A stretch of DNA of 60,711 bases from Asterionella formosa (taxonomy: Eukaryota): contig NKIB01013278.1 in the NCBI GenBank assembly GCA_002256025.1, positions 1 through 60,711 of the forward strand, in the 5' to 3' direction. The position numbers were made by a program, and so were the translations under genes. The notes below the pieces were generated by a model. The model did no database searches. It was not told the origin of the DNA and saw only the letters and a list, made by a program, of their open reading frames with translations. Shown piece after piece: positions 50,454 through 60,711 of the stretch; position 1 is the first letter of the stretch, and every line of letters begins with the position of its first letter.

Positions 50454-51758
50454 ATGTCGTCGACCATGGTGAATCATCCTCGACTACGATGCATCCTAAC
50501 GAACGATCCCACCAGTGACACGAAGGCTGACAACAAAACAGTTTGGTTTGATCAAGAGGAAGGAAAGAAATCTTCCTTTCTACTGCGCCTACCGACTGAT
50601 TTTTCGATTGAGAAACCTGCTCATCTACTCATTCATTGTGTAGTTGGAAAGGATATTCTTCCATTTCTCTTTGGAGGTCTCGAATTGATTTGTAATGCTA
50701 GGATCATCGAAGCATATAAAAAAGAAGAATCAAATCCAAGTAATGAAAATTACCTGCAGACTGCTCGAGGAATCAAAGAAGATGGCGACACCGACATACA
50801 CAAGTCAGTTTTGGTTTGTCCCAAGGGACCAGAGACTGTCGTCCGATTAAACCTCAAGCTATTGAGTTTACGACCAGCTACATGTACAAAAATGACATTG
50901 CTATCCATGAAACTGAAGGGACGATTGCCGAATGTTGAAATGATGAGTGCTGCAGACCATGTTCCATCGGAGCCCGTGACTGCAACGGAGACCCAAGGAC
51001 CACAGCACTTTGGTATGAGTCAGACTGACATGACAGCCGCCATGGCAGGCATCACAATGCTCGTAGGATCCACAGAGACGAAGATTTCCAAAGGCTTGCG
51101 CGAGGGATTGATGACCTTAAATGTTGCTGTCGGACAACGAATTCAACAACTGGAATTAGGCTTTGGAGCTGTTTTGAATTCACACAAGGTCGCCCTTGAG
51201 CAGCAAAATGTCTTGATCCAACAGCAACAAGAGCTAATCATGAATCAATCAAAAGCTATTGAAATTTTAAACGAACAACAGATTCAACTACTAGGAATTG
51301 TTGCCGAAATGAGAGATGACTTGAAGGAGCAAAACGCTGCATTACTTGTAGCCAGGGAATCCAGAGAGTTTGCTTCTTCCGTTGCGGAACAGGTGGAAGA
51401 ACATGTAGGGGAAGTGAACTGCGAAGATTTTATGGAAATGAAACTCGACAACGCTGAACAGGAAGGCATAGATGCGGCTATTGACGATGATACTGTTGCA
51501 GTTGTGCTTGATTCAACTGACAAGGGAGATGGCATGACCCAAGATGTACTGGTGCCCAAAGCATGGATACCAGAGCCAGGGGAAGGTGAAATGCCAAAAT
51601 TATGGATCCCGGATCCAGAGGCTCACCCAGATCACAAAGCGACAAAGAATGATTTCCCAACAATGATGGAAGAGGTGGATGTGGAGATACAAGTTTCAAG
51701 GAAGACTACAAGTAGTGGCACTGATGCTGATCTGATAGCCTTCTCAGAGTTTTCATAG
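50454..51758 (+). CDS. Unknown protein, N-terminus resembling PAAT/C10orf88, then coiled coil and acidic tail
   Basis: Intact 434-aa ORF. CNARIIEAY...YLQTARG recalls the PAAT-like motif (from memory, unverified). Q-rich heptads in the middle. Confidence 0.7.
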   Translation: MSSTMVNHPRLRCILTNDPTSDTKADNKTVWFDQEEGKKSSFLLRLPTDFSIEKPAHLLIHCVVGKDILPFLFGGLELICNARIIEAYKKEESNPSNENYLQTARGIKEDGDTDIHKSVLVCPKGPETVVRLNLKLLSLRPATCTKMTLLSMKLKGRLPNVEMMSAADHVPSEPVTATETQGPQHFGMSQTDMTAAMAGITMLVGSTETKISKGLREGLMTLNVAVGQRIQQLELGFGAVLNSHKVALEQQNVLIQQQQELIMNQSKAIEILNEQQIQLLGIVAEMRDDLKEQNAALLVARESREFASSVAEQVEEHVGEVNCEDFMEMKLDNAEQEGIDAAIDDDTVAVVLDSTDKGDGMTQDVLVPKAWIPEPGEGEMPKLWIPDPEAHPDHKATKNDFPTMMEEVDVEIQVSRKTTSSGTDADLIAFSEFS

Positions 51759-52166
51759 AGATTTTTATAGTCTTCTGGTAGGATTCTATCTTTATATATA
51801 TTTGCTTGAATTTGTGAATTCCGATTGTTTTACTTCATCACTCTCCTGTTCATGAACGCCATGTTGCATTGCTTGCAAGGATCAAGTCGTTTTCCTGTCT
51901 CATTGCTTAGAGGGCGCGCCAAATTTAAGGATTTAGGTGGTTGATGGCCAGACGAACTCCCTCCAACGTGTTGTGTGTCTTTCGTGGTGAAACAACATCG
52001 TGCTGCATTCGATTTTGTAGACAATCATCATGAAATTATTTGACGGTATTCTTTGGTCGTAATCTTCCTTCCTTCATACCGGTATTGCGGTATACAATGT
52101 GTATGCATAATATTGTCATATAAAAATCAAAAAAGCTAAATAATTGCTTACCCAAAGCAGCCGACC

Positions 52167-55127
52167 ATGGGATCCGAAGAGCGTGTTATTTGGAAGCATA
52201 TAGGCCTCCATGGCCACACTGTAGGTACTTTTACAGGTAAGAACCAGGACTGAGCGTGCTAGTGCGCTAGAGCTGTCGAACAACGTCCTTTAACTCATGA
52301 AATGCAAACGGCAGCCGATAAATCGGGTATTCAGTGGAAATCCGCCCTCATGGGAGGCGACGACGATGTTAGTACCTCTCGTAGCATTCCAGGGAAGAAG
52401 ATAAAAGGCGCCAGGTGGACGCAGTTTGGAAAGTTTGGTTATTTGCGTCTCCAAACAAGTCAGGGATCCAATACGAGACATGAGCTACGTTTCGACGGAT
52501 TTGACCCCAAAGCAGTGGACCAGCTTCGTGACACTCTCAAGAACTTTTATGACGTAAATCTAGAAAAACACAGTATGTCAGCTAGTGGGGTCTCGTACGG
52601 AAAGTGTGAGGTGGAAGGCCGAAATCTAGTGTTTCGCCACATGCTGCTGGAGGACGCGAACGAAGAAGGGGAAGAATTTGAGCCACGGGTCAATGACGAA
52701 TTGCTCTCATTAGATCTCGCTGAGGTCAGTCAGTGCGTCTTGCCCGGGAATAACCGCCACGAAGTTGAACTTCAGTTCCCGGAAAGTGATACTGTTGAGG
52801 CTGGGACGGATCAACTAGGTGAGTTGATGGGACGATCGAGAATCACGAAAACAACCACCGGGATTTCTACCGAAAACTTTCCTAACACTACCCGGTATAA
52901 TCATTTCTCGCAACAGTTTCGGTTCGGTTGTACATTCCTCCTGCTCCTGATTTTGAGAACGCAGATAAAGCGACTCTTTCCAATGCTGAGCTTTTGCAGC
53001 AGCGCATCATGAAAACTGCCAACATTACAAATACAACAGGAGATGTCCTTGTTGAATTTCAAGAGTCGCAAGGAACCTTCCTCACACCTCGTGGTCGCTA
53101 TACAATTGAACTATATGATCGCTTTCTGCGCATGCGTGGAAACAAATACGATTACAAAATAAAATACGATGACATTTCCAGATTATTTTTGCTTCCCAAG
53201 CCTGATGATGTACACATGGCATTTGTCATTGCTCTCGACAAACCAATTCGACAAGGGCAACAGCGATACCAAATGCTGGTCTTGCAGACGACGAAAGAAC
53301 AATCTGAAATCACAGTGAATCTTGAGGACAAAGCGCTCGAGAAGGAGTATCAAGGAGAACTTCAGCCTGTCATGACTGGATCACTTTCCAATCTAATTGC
53401 CAAAACCTTCAAAGTCATCGCTCGCAAGAAAGTCTTCATTCCTGGAAAGTTTGCTAACGCAAATCAACAAGCATGTGTCAAGTGTGCTTTGAGGGCAAAT
53501 GAAGGGCATTTGTATCCACTCGAAAAACAGTTCATATTTATCCACAAACCACCAGTGCTGATCAGGTTCGACGAGGTCGAGAGCGTCGAGTTTCAGCGTT
53601 ATGCAGGAGGCCAAGGAAGCACACGCAACTTCGACCTTTGTGTCACTCTCAAAGCCAGCGCTGTGGGATTGGGAGGGGCGAAGGAATATGCATTCTCAGG
53701 GATCGATCGCACGGACTACGCTGGTCTCTATAACTTCTTATCAGGCAAAAAGATCAGAATTAAAAATTTGGAGGGTGTGGGCGATGAGCCCGGTCCTCGC
53801 GAGCCTGTATACAATGAAAATGAAATATATGGTATGGACGACGAAATGGGGGATGAAGAGTCTGAAGACGAAGATTTCGATGCCAACGCGAAGGATAGCG
53901 ACGATGGGAGTGATTCAGCGGATGATGGTAAGTCGACAAAGTGCGAATGGGATAAACTGATTTTTCGCGTATCTCTCACCCTTTCGTTTTATGTTCTTAG
54001 ATATTGACGATGACGAAATGGGATCAGAAGTCGACGACGAAATCGACTCTGACATTGAAGAAGCCAAAAAGAAAACCAAGAAAGAAGCTAAGAAACGAAA
54101 AGCAGAAGCATCACACGAGAATGACGACGACGATGATAGTGCCCCGAAAGCCAAGAAGAAGAAGGAAACTCCTGTCAAAAAGGGCAAAAAGAAAAAGGAC
54201 CCAAATGCTCCTAAAAATGCCATGTCTGCTTATTTCCTGTATTCCATTGCTACTCGTTCGAAAGTCAAGGAGGAAAACCCTGACGCGACCTTTGGTGATA
54301 TTGCTCGTATTATATCATCTAATTTCAAGGCACTTACTGATGAACAACGTGCCAAATGGGACCGAAAGGCCGAAGTCGACAAAGAAAGGTATACAGAAGA
54401 AATGTCTAATTATGATGCCCCTGTGGATGATGACAATGATGATGAAAATGACGATGACGACGCGGAATCTCCTGTCAAGAAATCAAAAAAGGAAGCAAAG
54501 AAAGACCCCAAGGCACCCAAAAAAGCAAAGTCTGGGTACAACTATTTTATGTCTGAAAATCGGGCGAAATTAAAGGAGGAAAACCCGGAGGCGTCGTTCG
54601 GGGAACTTGCCAAGTTGGTATCGTCAGCATACAAGGCTTTGGATGCCGGCGAGAAGGAAAAGTATGAAGAAATGGCCCGTGAAGACAAGAAGCGATATAA
54701 GGGTGAATTAGATGACTACTCTCCACAGAAAGGCTCGAAGCAGGATCTTGCAAAGAACAAGAAAATTTCGAAAGGTAAGGGCAAAGGGAAAGAAAAGGAC
54801 CCCAATGCTCCCAAGCGTGGTACAACTGCATTCTTCTTCTTTATGAAGGACGCTAGAGCAGCAGCGAAAGAAGAAAATCCAGACTTAAAAGTGACTGAAC
54901 TGACAAAACTTCTTGCAGAGAAGTTCAAGGCTCTGAGTGAGGGGGAGAAGGCGAAGTACGAGAAGAAAGCAAAAAACGACAAAGAGAGATACCAGAAGGA
55001 AATGGTATCTTATGAGAAGAAGAAAGAGGTAGACAAATCAGCAGAAGGAATAGGTGTGTCTGACGATGACAATGATGATGATGAGGACCTCATTGTTGAC
55101 GATGACAGTGATGACGATTCAGATTAA
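52167..55127 (+). CDS. SSRP1: FACT complex subunit SSRP1 with three HMG boxes (4 exons)
   Basis: Exons 52167-52236, 52315-52818, 52917-53927 and 54001-55127. Motifs LTPRGRY, YDYKI, LFLLPK, PIRQGQ.RY and GHLYPLEK..FI.KP, then an acidic linker and three KDP.APK-led HMG boxes. Confidence 0.95.
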
Positions 55128-57157
55128 CCAAAACATGGTAGAAGGGAGACGAACCTTCTATGATAGAAAATATTGGACATGGAAGGGATAAACTAAACAA
55201 CATTCAGAGATTTTAAGCTGAATTTACGTCCTCGTGTTTGACCACCTTTTATGTGAACTGCGACTTGTTGACTTAAATTGAAACCATTGCTCAAATTTGG
55301 GGTTGTGCCCCTACCACCAGCACAACACGAAGTATAGGGATCAATTAACAACATCAATAATTCATATGCTTTATTTCATAATAACATACGTGGTACTCCT
55401 ACTCCATATGACTCAAGCATTCACTACCTAAGCCAGTATGATGTCGATGTGCAGATGTTATCATTGGACAATCAGGCAGCAATGTATCATATGTACTGTA
55501 TACATGGACACACCATCTGGCATTCAGCTCACTGTGTTCAGCAATCTCCTGATAGTACTATGTGCAGTATTACCTATTGACTAATCATAACTGGAGTCGG
55601 CAACAATGAAAGCAAACAAATGATAGGAGTTATTGGACCCTCCAACAGTAGAAATTGTGGTATTGCTGACTGGGTCACCAACCAATCATCCTGGTGATTT
55701 CTACAAATACATTACCTTCAATGAACAGCCTTTTTCTTTACAAGCCTCAAATCGGCTCCCAATGTGCCAACTATAATAGCCAATTCACATCACACAGCAA
55801 ATCAGCAGGGGTTGCTAGTTCTACATCAAATTTGATGACCTACACTGTGGGATGAGTTTTCTCCTGTTGGGCGCTTTCTTCACACAATTTGGACACACCC
55901 AGTACCATTTCACTTTGGTCTTCTTTCCTTTCTTTACAATTTCTTTATTTCTTATCATAATGGGGATGCCTTATTTTTACACTGGGTACAAGGCCCAATA
56001 GTTGGGCTAATCCCCTCAGGGACCATTGATGAGATGCTTATAATGAAACTCTTGGATACCAGTATTGCCAGGCACATTCTGGTACCTGGTATAGACATTA
56101 AAGAACCCAATGAAAAACAAATGCCTTATTGTTGGTGGAGATGCTGGTCATAAACAGAGCCATATCCATGGTAGTGTATCCTAGCAGCTTGTCCAATCAC
56201 CCTCTTGATGGAACTCTGAAACATGGGGGGAACCAGTAAAGGCCTGACCTGCAAAAAAACGCAACCACCAAACCAATTTTTTAAGGGCATGCAGAAAGGG
56301 AGTCCTTAATAGGGAGTCTAGTTATATTTATTGTTTCCCTGATGGTGTTATACTATTCTTGATAGCATGACATGGTAATGCATCATATTAGGGCTGGGGA
56401 TTGCTTCATCCAATGCACACGTCCCAAGCCTGAAAATCTTGACGGCGTAAAATGTAAAATTATTTAGAGGAAAATTCAAACATGAGATACGACAAACAAA
56501 ACTGAATACCGGTATATGTATACATATATGTGTACATATATGTATGGCTGCAATTATGTCTCGGCGGTGGTAAGAAAAGGATATCGAGATCGAGGGGGAC
56601 GAAAAAAGCTATCATCAATAGATATTCATACACGAGTAATATGAAGTGATATTGGCGCGAAGAACAGAAAATCTTTCGTCAGAGCGTCCCACAAAATGCA
56701 TACCGGTGCTCGACCAATAATATTATATGTATCATGTGTGTTGCCGTTATGAAATATATCATGTCATATTCAGCACCTCACATGCGCCTCTATGCGCTTC
56801 GATGAACTTCGAAGATGAGCCGAAGAAATTTACCGGGTATATCAAAATCATTGAAACAGCCAACTTTACGGGAACAAAATGCCAAAGAGTTTACATAGAT
56901 AAGAGTACAGGTACCTGGTAGTAAGTGATGAACACGAGAGCGCATCAGCACCATGCAGGGTTATGATGGAATGCAATGCAGTACCGGTAATTCGAATCAA
57001 AGTACCGCTACCGGTTCCGGTAGTGCCGTCGTGTGCTGCCATCGGCTATCCTCACATATATCTTTAGCTCTACTTTCAGCCTTCACTTTTGATCGGAAGA
57101 AGGTTTTCTCATTCAATCCAAAGTTTTCAGTATTATCCAGCTCGGCTACTAGGTGCT

Positions 57158-59434
57158 ATGAAGAGTTCCATTCCTGACGAAAATGGAAAGCCAGAAAGCA
57201 GAGGGGGACAAAGAGTCGACGGTGCATCGTCGCTTCCGTCGGCCAGTTACAATGACGAAGGTTCTGCGCTGCTGCAACGTAAACCGAAACAGTGGTCCTG
57301 GACGAGCCTTTCTTCGAATATCTCGGATGAATCTGATAGAGGTCATTGCGAGAGGGGATGGTCCCGACTCATCTGTGCAATCGTAATTGTCATTTGCCTT
57401 CTCATTCTTGGTCCTATTGCCTCGGAAGTTGTCGACGACAGAAACACAGGACCTTTCAAGGCCAGCACTGGTGAAGACTCTTGTGGTGCCTTTTTCGAAC
57501 CAGTGCCTATCATGGAACTTAAAGGTCCGTCTACAATCGAACACCTTGAGCATGGAGCTGTGGCATCGGATCACCCGGTATGTTCCGAGCTTGGAAATTC
57601 TATACTCAAAGACCTTGGAGGAAACGCGATAGATGCTGCCGTAGCCACGATCCTATGTTTAGGCATTGCCAACCCAGCTTCTTCGGGAATAGGGGGAGGT
57701 GCCTTCATTATCGTCCACGGGGATTCTAAGCATCATCGACAGAAAATAGCGCATAAGAGCTATACCCCTCCTGACTTTATCGATGCTAGAGATCTTAATG
57801 ACAGAACACCAAAAGCAGGGAAAGTGACTGAAGTCATTGACTGTCGAGAAGTGGCCCCCGGAGCAGCAAGTACGAACATGTACGACAATAAGCCCACTAC
57901 TGCATCAACAGGTGGCGGATTAGCAATCGCAGTGCCGGGGGAACTTAGAGGACTCGAACTGGCTCATGCTCGCCATGGTCGCCTGCCGTGGGCTGCAGTG
58001 GTCAAACCTGCTGTCCAACTCGCTCGATATGGAGTTGAGGTCGGGGCCCACCTAGGACATGATATTTCGATGTTAGCAGGTTATCTTGCCCACTTCGAAG
58101 GCCTAAAGACTCTGCTTACAAAGAACCACGATAATGTTACTCTCCTTAAGGAAGGCGACAAAATGACAAATCCTGCACTAGCCGATACTTTGGAGGATGT
58201 TATGAAGTATGGTGTCGATGCAATTTACAAAGGGGCTCGAGCATCAGCCCTTGCTGACGAAATACAGCAGGCTGGTGGCATTGTAACCAAAGACGATTTA
58301 TCGAGCTATAAAGCGACGTTGAGATCACCATTAATTGCGAAGGACATACTCGGATTTACTGTTGTCGGTGTTCCACCACCGAGTTCAGGCGGCGCAGCTA
58401 TTATTGGTGCAGCTCGATTCTTGGCAGGATACAAAATCCCTTTCGCAAGCTTCTCGGAAACTCTATCCAAGCATCGACTTGTTGAAGCTATGCGGCACGT
58501 CTTCGCTATTCGCATGTCGCTCAGTGATCCGGCTTATAATACTGAAGTTGTACAAGATGCCGTGCGTGACTTGGTTGAAGGCGACTACATGGAGATGTTG
58601 CGCTTAAGTACACTTGATAACGCCACCCTACCTCTCTCCATGTACGGCGGGGGGAAATGGGCACAGGTTCATGATTACGAAGGCGAAGGGACCGCGAAAG
58701 ATGCCAGCGAGGGAGACAGGAGGCGAAGGCTACGCACGGCTGGAGTTGGCAATCGAAGGCAACTATCTCGCAGATTTGGATATTTGGACGACAGCGGGAC
58801 GTCGCACCTCTCTGTTGTTGACAACGAGGGCAATGCAGTGTCAATCACCAGCAGTATCAATACTTACTTCGGTTCTGGTATCATTAGTTTATCTACGGGT
58901 ATTTTGTTGAATGACCAAATGGACGATTTCGGAATTCCTGGTCGGCCAAACGCCTTTGGACTGAAACCAAGTGAATCCAATTATATTTCCCCAGGCAAAA
59001 AACCTTTAAGCAGTATGTCACCTATGATGATGTTTCGTCAAGAAGAATCGATCAAATCTGATGAGTCGCTAGGAACCCTCTTCTTGGCGATCGGGGCATC
59101 TGGAGGTCCCAAGATCATAACAGCGATTTTGCAAGTATTCATCAATTTTGCATGGCTTGGCATGCCAATTTATGAGTCAATTGCTCATCCGCGAATTCAC
59201 GATCAGCTTTTGTATCACGCAATTGCAGTCACGACAGTTGAAAAGAGCCAGTTGGAACAGGGTCCTACTATCGAGGTTTCACAACGAACAAGGAATGCCC
59301 TTGAGGCTAGGGGGCATCAACTAATTGATGTCGACTATGCAGGTACTGTCCAAGCCATTTCTGTTGATCTCGAAACGAAAACATTAATGGCAGCCTGTGA
59401 TATTAGAAAGGGTGGAAGTCCAGCGGGATTTTGA
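57158..59434 (+). CDS. GGT: Gamma-glutamyl transpeptidase (glutathione hydrolase), membrane anchored
   Basis: GGNAIDAA, SGIGGG.F, IDCREVAP, AVPGEL.G, PPPSSGG, catalytic GTSHLSV, NDQMDDF, PLSSMSP, GASGG and D.RKGG. Confidence 0.96.
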   Translation: MKSSIPDENGKPESRGGQRVDGASSLPSASYNDEGSALLQRKPKQWSWTSLSSNISDESDRGHCERGWSRLICAIVIVICLLILGPIASEVVDDRNTGPFKASTGEDSCGAFFEPVPIMELKGPSTIEHLEHGAVASDHPVCSELGNSILKDLGGNAIDAAVATILCLGIANPASSGIGGGAFIIVHGDSKHHRQKIAHKSYTPPDFIDARDLNDRTPKAGKVTEVIDCREVAPGAASTNMYDNKPTTASTGGGLAIAVPGELRGLELAHARHGRLPWAAVVKPAVQLARYGVEVGAHLGHDISMLAGYLAHFEGLKTLLTKNHDNVTLLKEGDKMTNPALADTLEDVMKYGVDAIYKGARASALADEIQQAGGIVTKDDLSSYKATLRSPLIAKDILGFTVVGVPPPSSGGAAIIGAARFLAGYKIPFASFSETLSKHRLVEAMRHVFAIRMSLSDPAYNTEVVQDAVRDLVEGDYMEMLRLSTLDNATLPLSMYGGGKWAQVHDYEGEGTAKDASEGDRRRRLRTAGVGNRRQLSRRFGYLDDSGTSHLSVVDNEGNAVSITSSINTYFGSGIISLSTGILLNDQMDDFGIPGRPNAFGLKPSESNYISPGKKPLSSMSPMMMFRQEESIKSDESLGTLFLAIGASGGPKIITAILQVFINFAWLGMPIYESIAHPRIHDQLLYHAIAVTTVEKSQLEQGPTIEVSQRTRNALEARGHQLIDVDYAGTVQAISVDLETKTLMAACDIRKGGSPAGF

Positions 59435-59492
59435 TTACTCAACTAATAGTATTAAGCACCTTGTATCATACCTTATTGACGCTGTATGGAAT

Positions 59493-60287
59493 TCATGCGC
59501 TATTTTCTGTTTCCTTGACAAGCACAAATGTGGTACCCTTGTTTCCCCTCGATATTCGTACTCGCTCCGACAAGTAGGTGATATCGATCCAACCCTTTAC
59601 CCAGTCCCTGAATAATGGGATTCGAAAAGGAACTGGGTAAGGAATTTTCATTCCGCCAAAGTCGAAGTTACCTTCATCAAACACAAAATCGATTCTGGAA
59701 TCAGGTCTATTGGGGTCAGGTTTTGCTTCTTCTCCAACAAGCGAAACACCCAAAACATTCAAGCCGAGAACCTTACCGGTCGATTGTCTTTCCGATAGCT
59801 CAGGCAATGGATAGGCTGTCGTCGATGCGAGTGCAGCTACACATAGCTCGTTCGTGGCACTGAATTTCACCACCTGACTCACTACTAGCTGACCCTTATC
59901 ATTGACAAGTATGTCTTGGTAGATCGCAAACTTTGTCGTGTCTACCGCCTTTCTTTGAATAGGTGAGGCGGAGTCAGCGTTGGTTGTTTGTACCAGTCGC
60001 CACCTGCCGTAGACCTCTGGCGCAATTGCGGGTCTCGCGATGGACAACCCACTTGCCTCCAGTTGAATGACAAGCGACGTTACCTCATCGGAATTGTCTA
60101 ACCTTTCCCCTTTCGAAGCGATAGCAGCTAACAGTTTCTTCTCGATATCAAGAGCTCCTGCTTTCCTGGGTGGCGGGGGAGCACCAAACAATGATGTGGG
60201 AAACTTTGGTAGCAAGTTCTGAAATGCGTGTGTTGAAGGGCGCAAGCAACAGAAGAGCAGAAGGGGAAGGAAGCGTGATGCTTTCAT
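59493..60287 (-). CDS. Plastid lipid-associated protein / fibrillin family
   Basis: Leader from ATG 60287 ending STHA-F; G.WRLV.T and GWIDITYLSE.VRISRGNKG.TFVL. Confidence 0.9.
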   Translation of the reverse strand: MKASRFLPLLLFCCLRPSTHAFQNLLPKFPTSLFGAPPPPRKAGALDIEKKLLAAIASKGERLDNSDEVTSLVIQLEASGLSIARPAIAPEVYGRWRLVQTTNADSASPIQRKAVDTTKFAIYQDILVNDKGQLVVSQVVKFSATNELCVAALASTTAYPLPELSERQSTGKVLGLNVLGVSLVGEEAKPDPNRPDSRIDFVFDEGNFDFGGMKIPYPVPFRIPLFRDWVKGWIDITYLSERVRISRGNKGTTFVLVKETENSA

Positions 60288-60711
60288 GACAAAGGCGACA
60301 GCCGTAATTAAATAAAATGCCAGTGCCCTCCGTTTGTTCCTATTAGCACCAACAACCATGATCACACACAATGCATAAAACAAAAATGAACCTACATAAT
60401 ACCTGTCAAGAATATTAGCCCGAGTCACAAGGATTGTGGACTCGATTGTAATCGAACGAGTCGAATATTGCATTGCCACGTCAATCAGCTGTCTAACGAG
60501 ATCAGAGATTGAAGATTTCTATGGAAATGTTAAGTGGAAACTCGAAGAGAGTCTTAGAATGACTTTGCAGGAAGCAAAGATGCATGGAAAGGAAACATTT
60601 AGTTTAGCTTATAATTTAATTTGAGATTTAGATTATCAACCGAGGAAACAGTGTGTTAATTGACAGGAAGGTCAATTAGTCTATCTAGCAGGAAGGCTAG
60701 AAGCAGAGACA

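Overview
Eukaryotic nuclear DNA, almost certainly from a diatom. The evidence is short GT-AG introns, bipartite plastid leaders of the ASAF type and a diatom-type copia element. About 19 intact genes are supported, including SepSecS, a GT61-like protein, an ABHD-like hydrolase, type II NADH dehydrogenase, class I aldolase, a Cnx1/gephyrin-like protein, kinesin-13, SSRP1, GGT, fibrillin and several plastid-targeted unknowns. They are interleaved with CpG-poor transposon debris: two pogo-like transposase relics, a gypsy integrase relic, a MITE-like element and a decayed Ty1/copia with both LTRs and a target-site duplication (TSD). Four signals stand out. (1) Two copies of a ~350-bp tRNA-headed SINE, each with its own long TSD. 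(2) Pervasive TA-flanked micro-insertions (TACCGGTA, TACCWGGTA) that look like stacked DNA-transposon excision footprints, three of them visible as indels between homologous copies. (3) A copia element whose primer-binding-site (PBS) position is complementary to its own LTR, suggesting self-priming. (4) A tandem pair of plastid-protein paralogues, one carrying a ~190-aa Ala/Glu decapeptide expansion. All calls come from reading the sequence by eye; no database searches were run.
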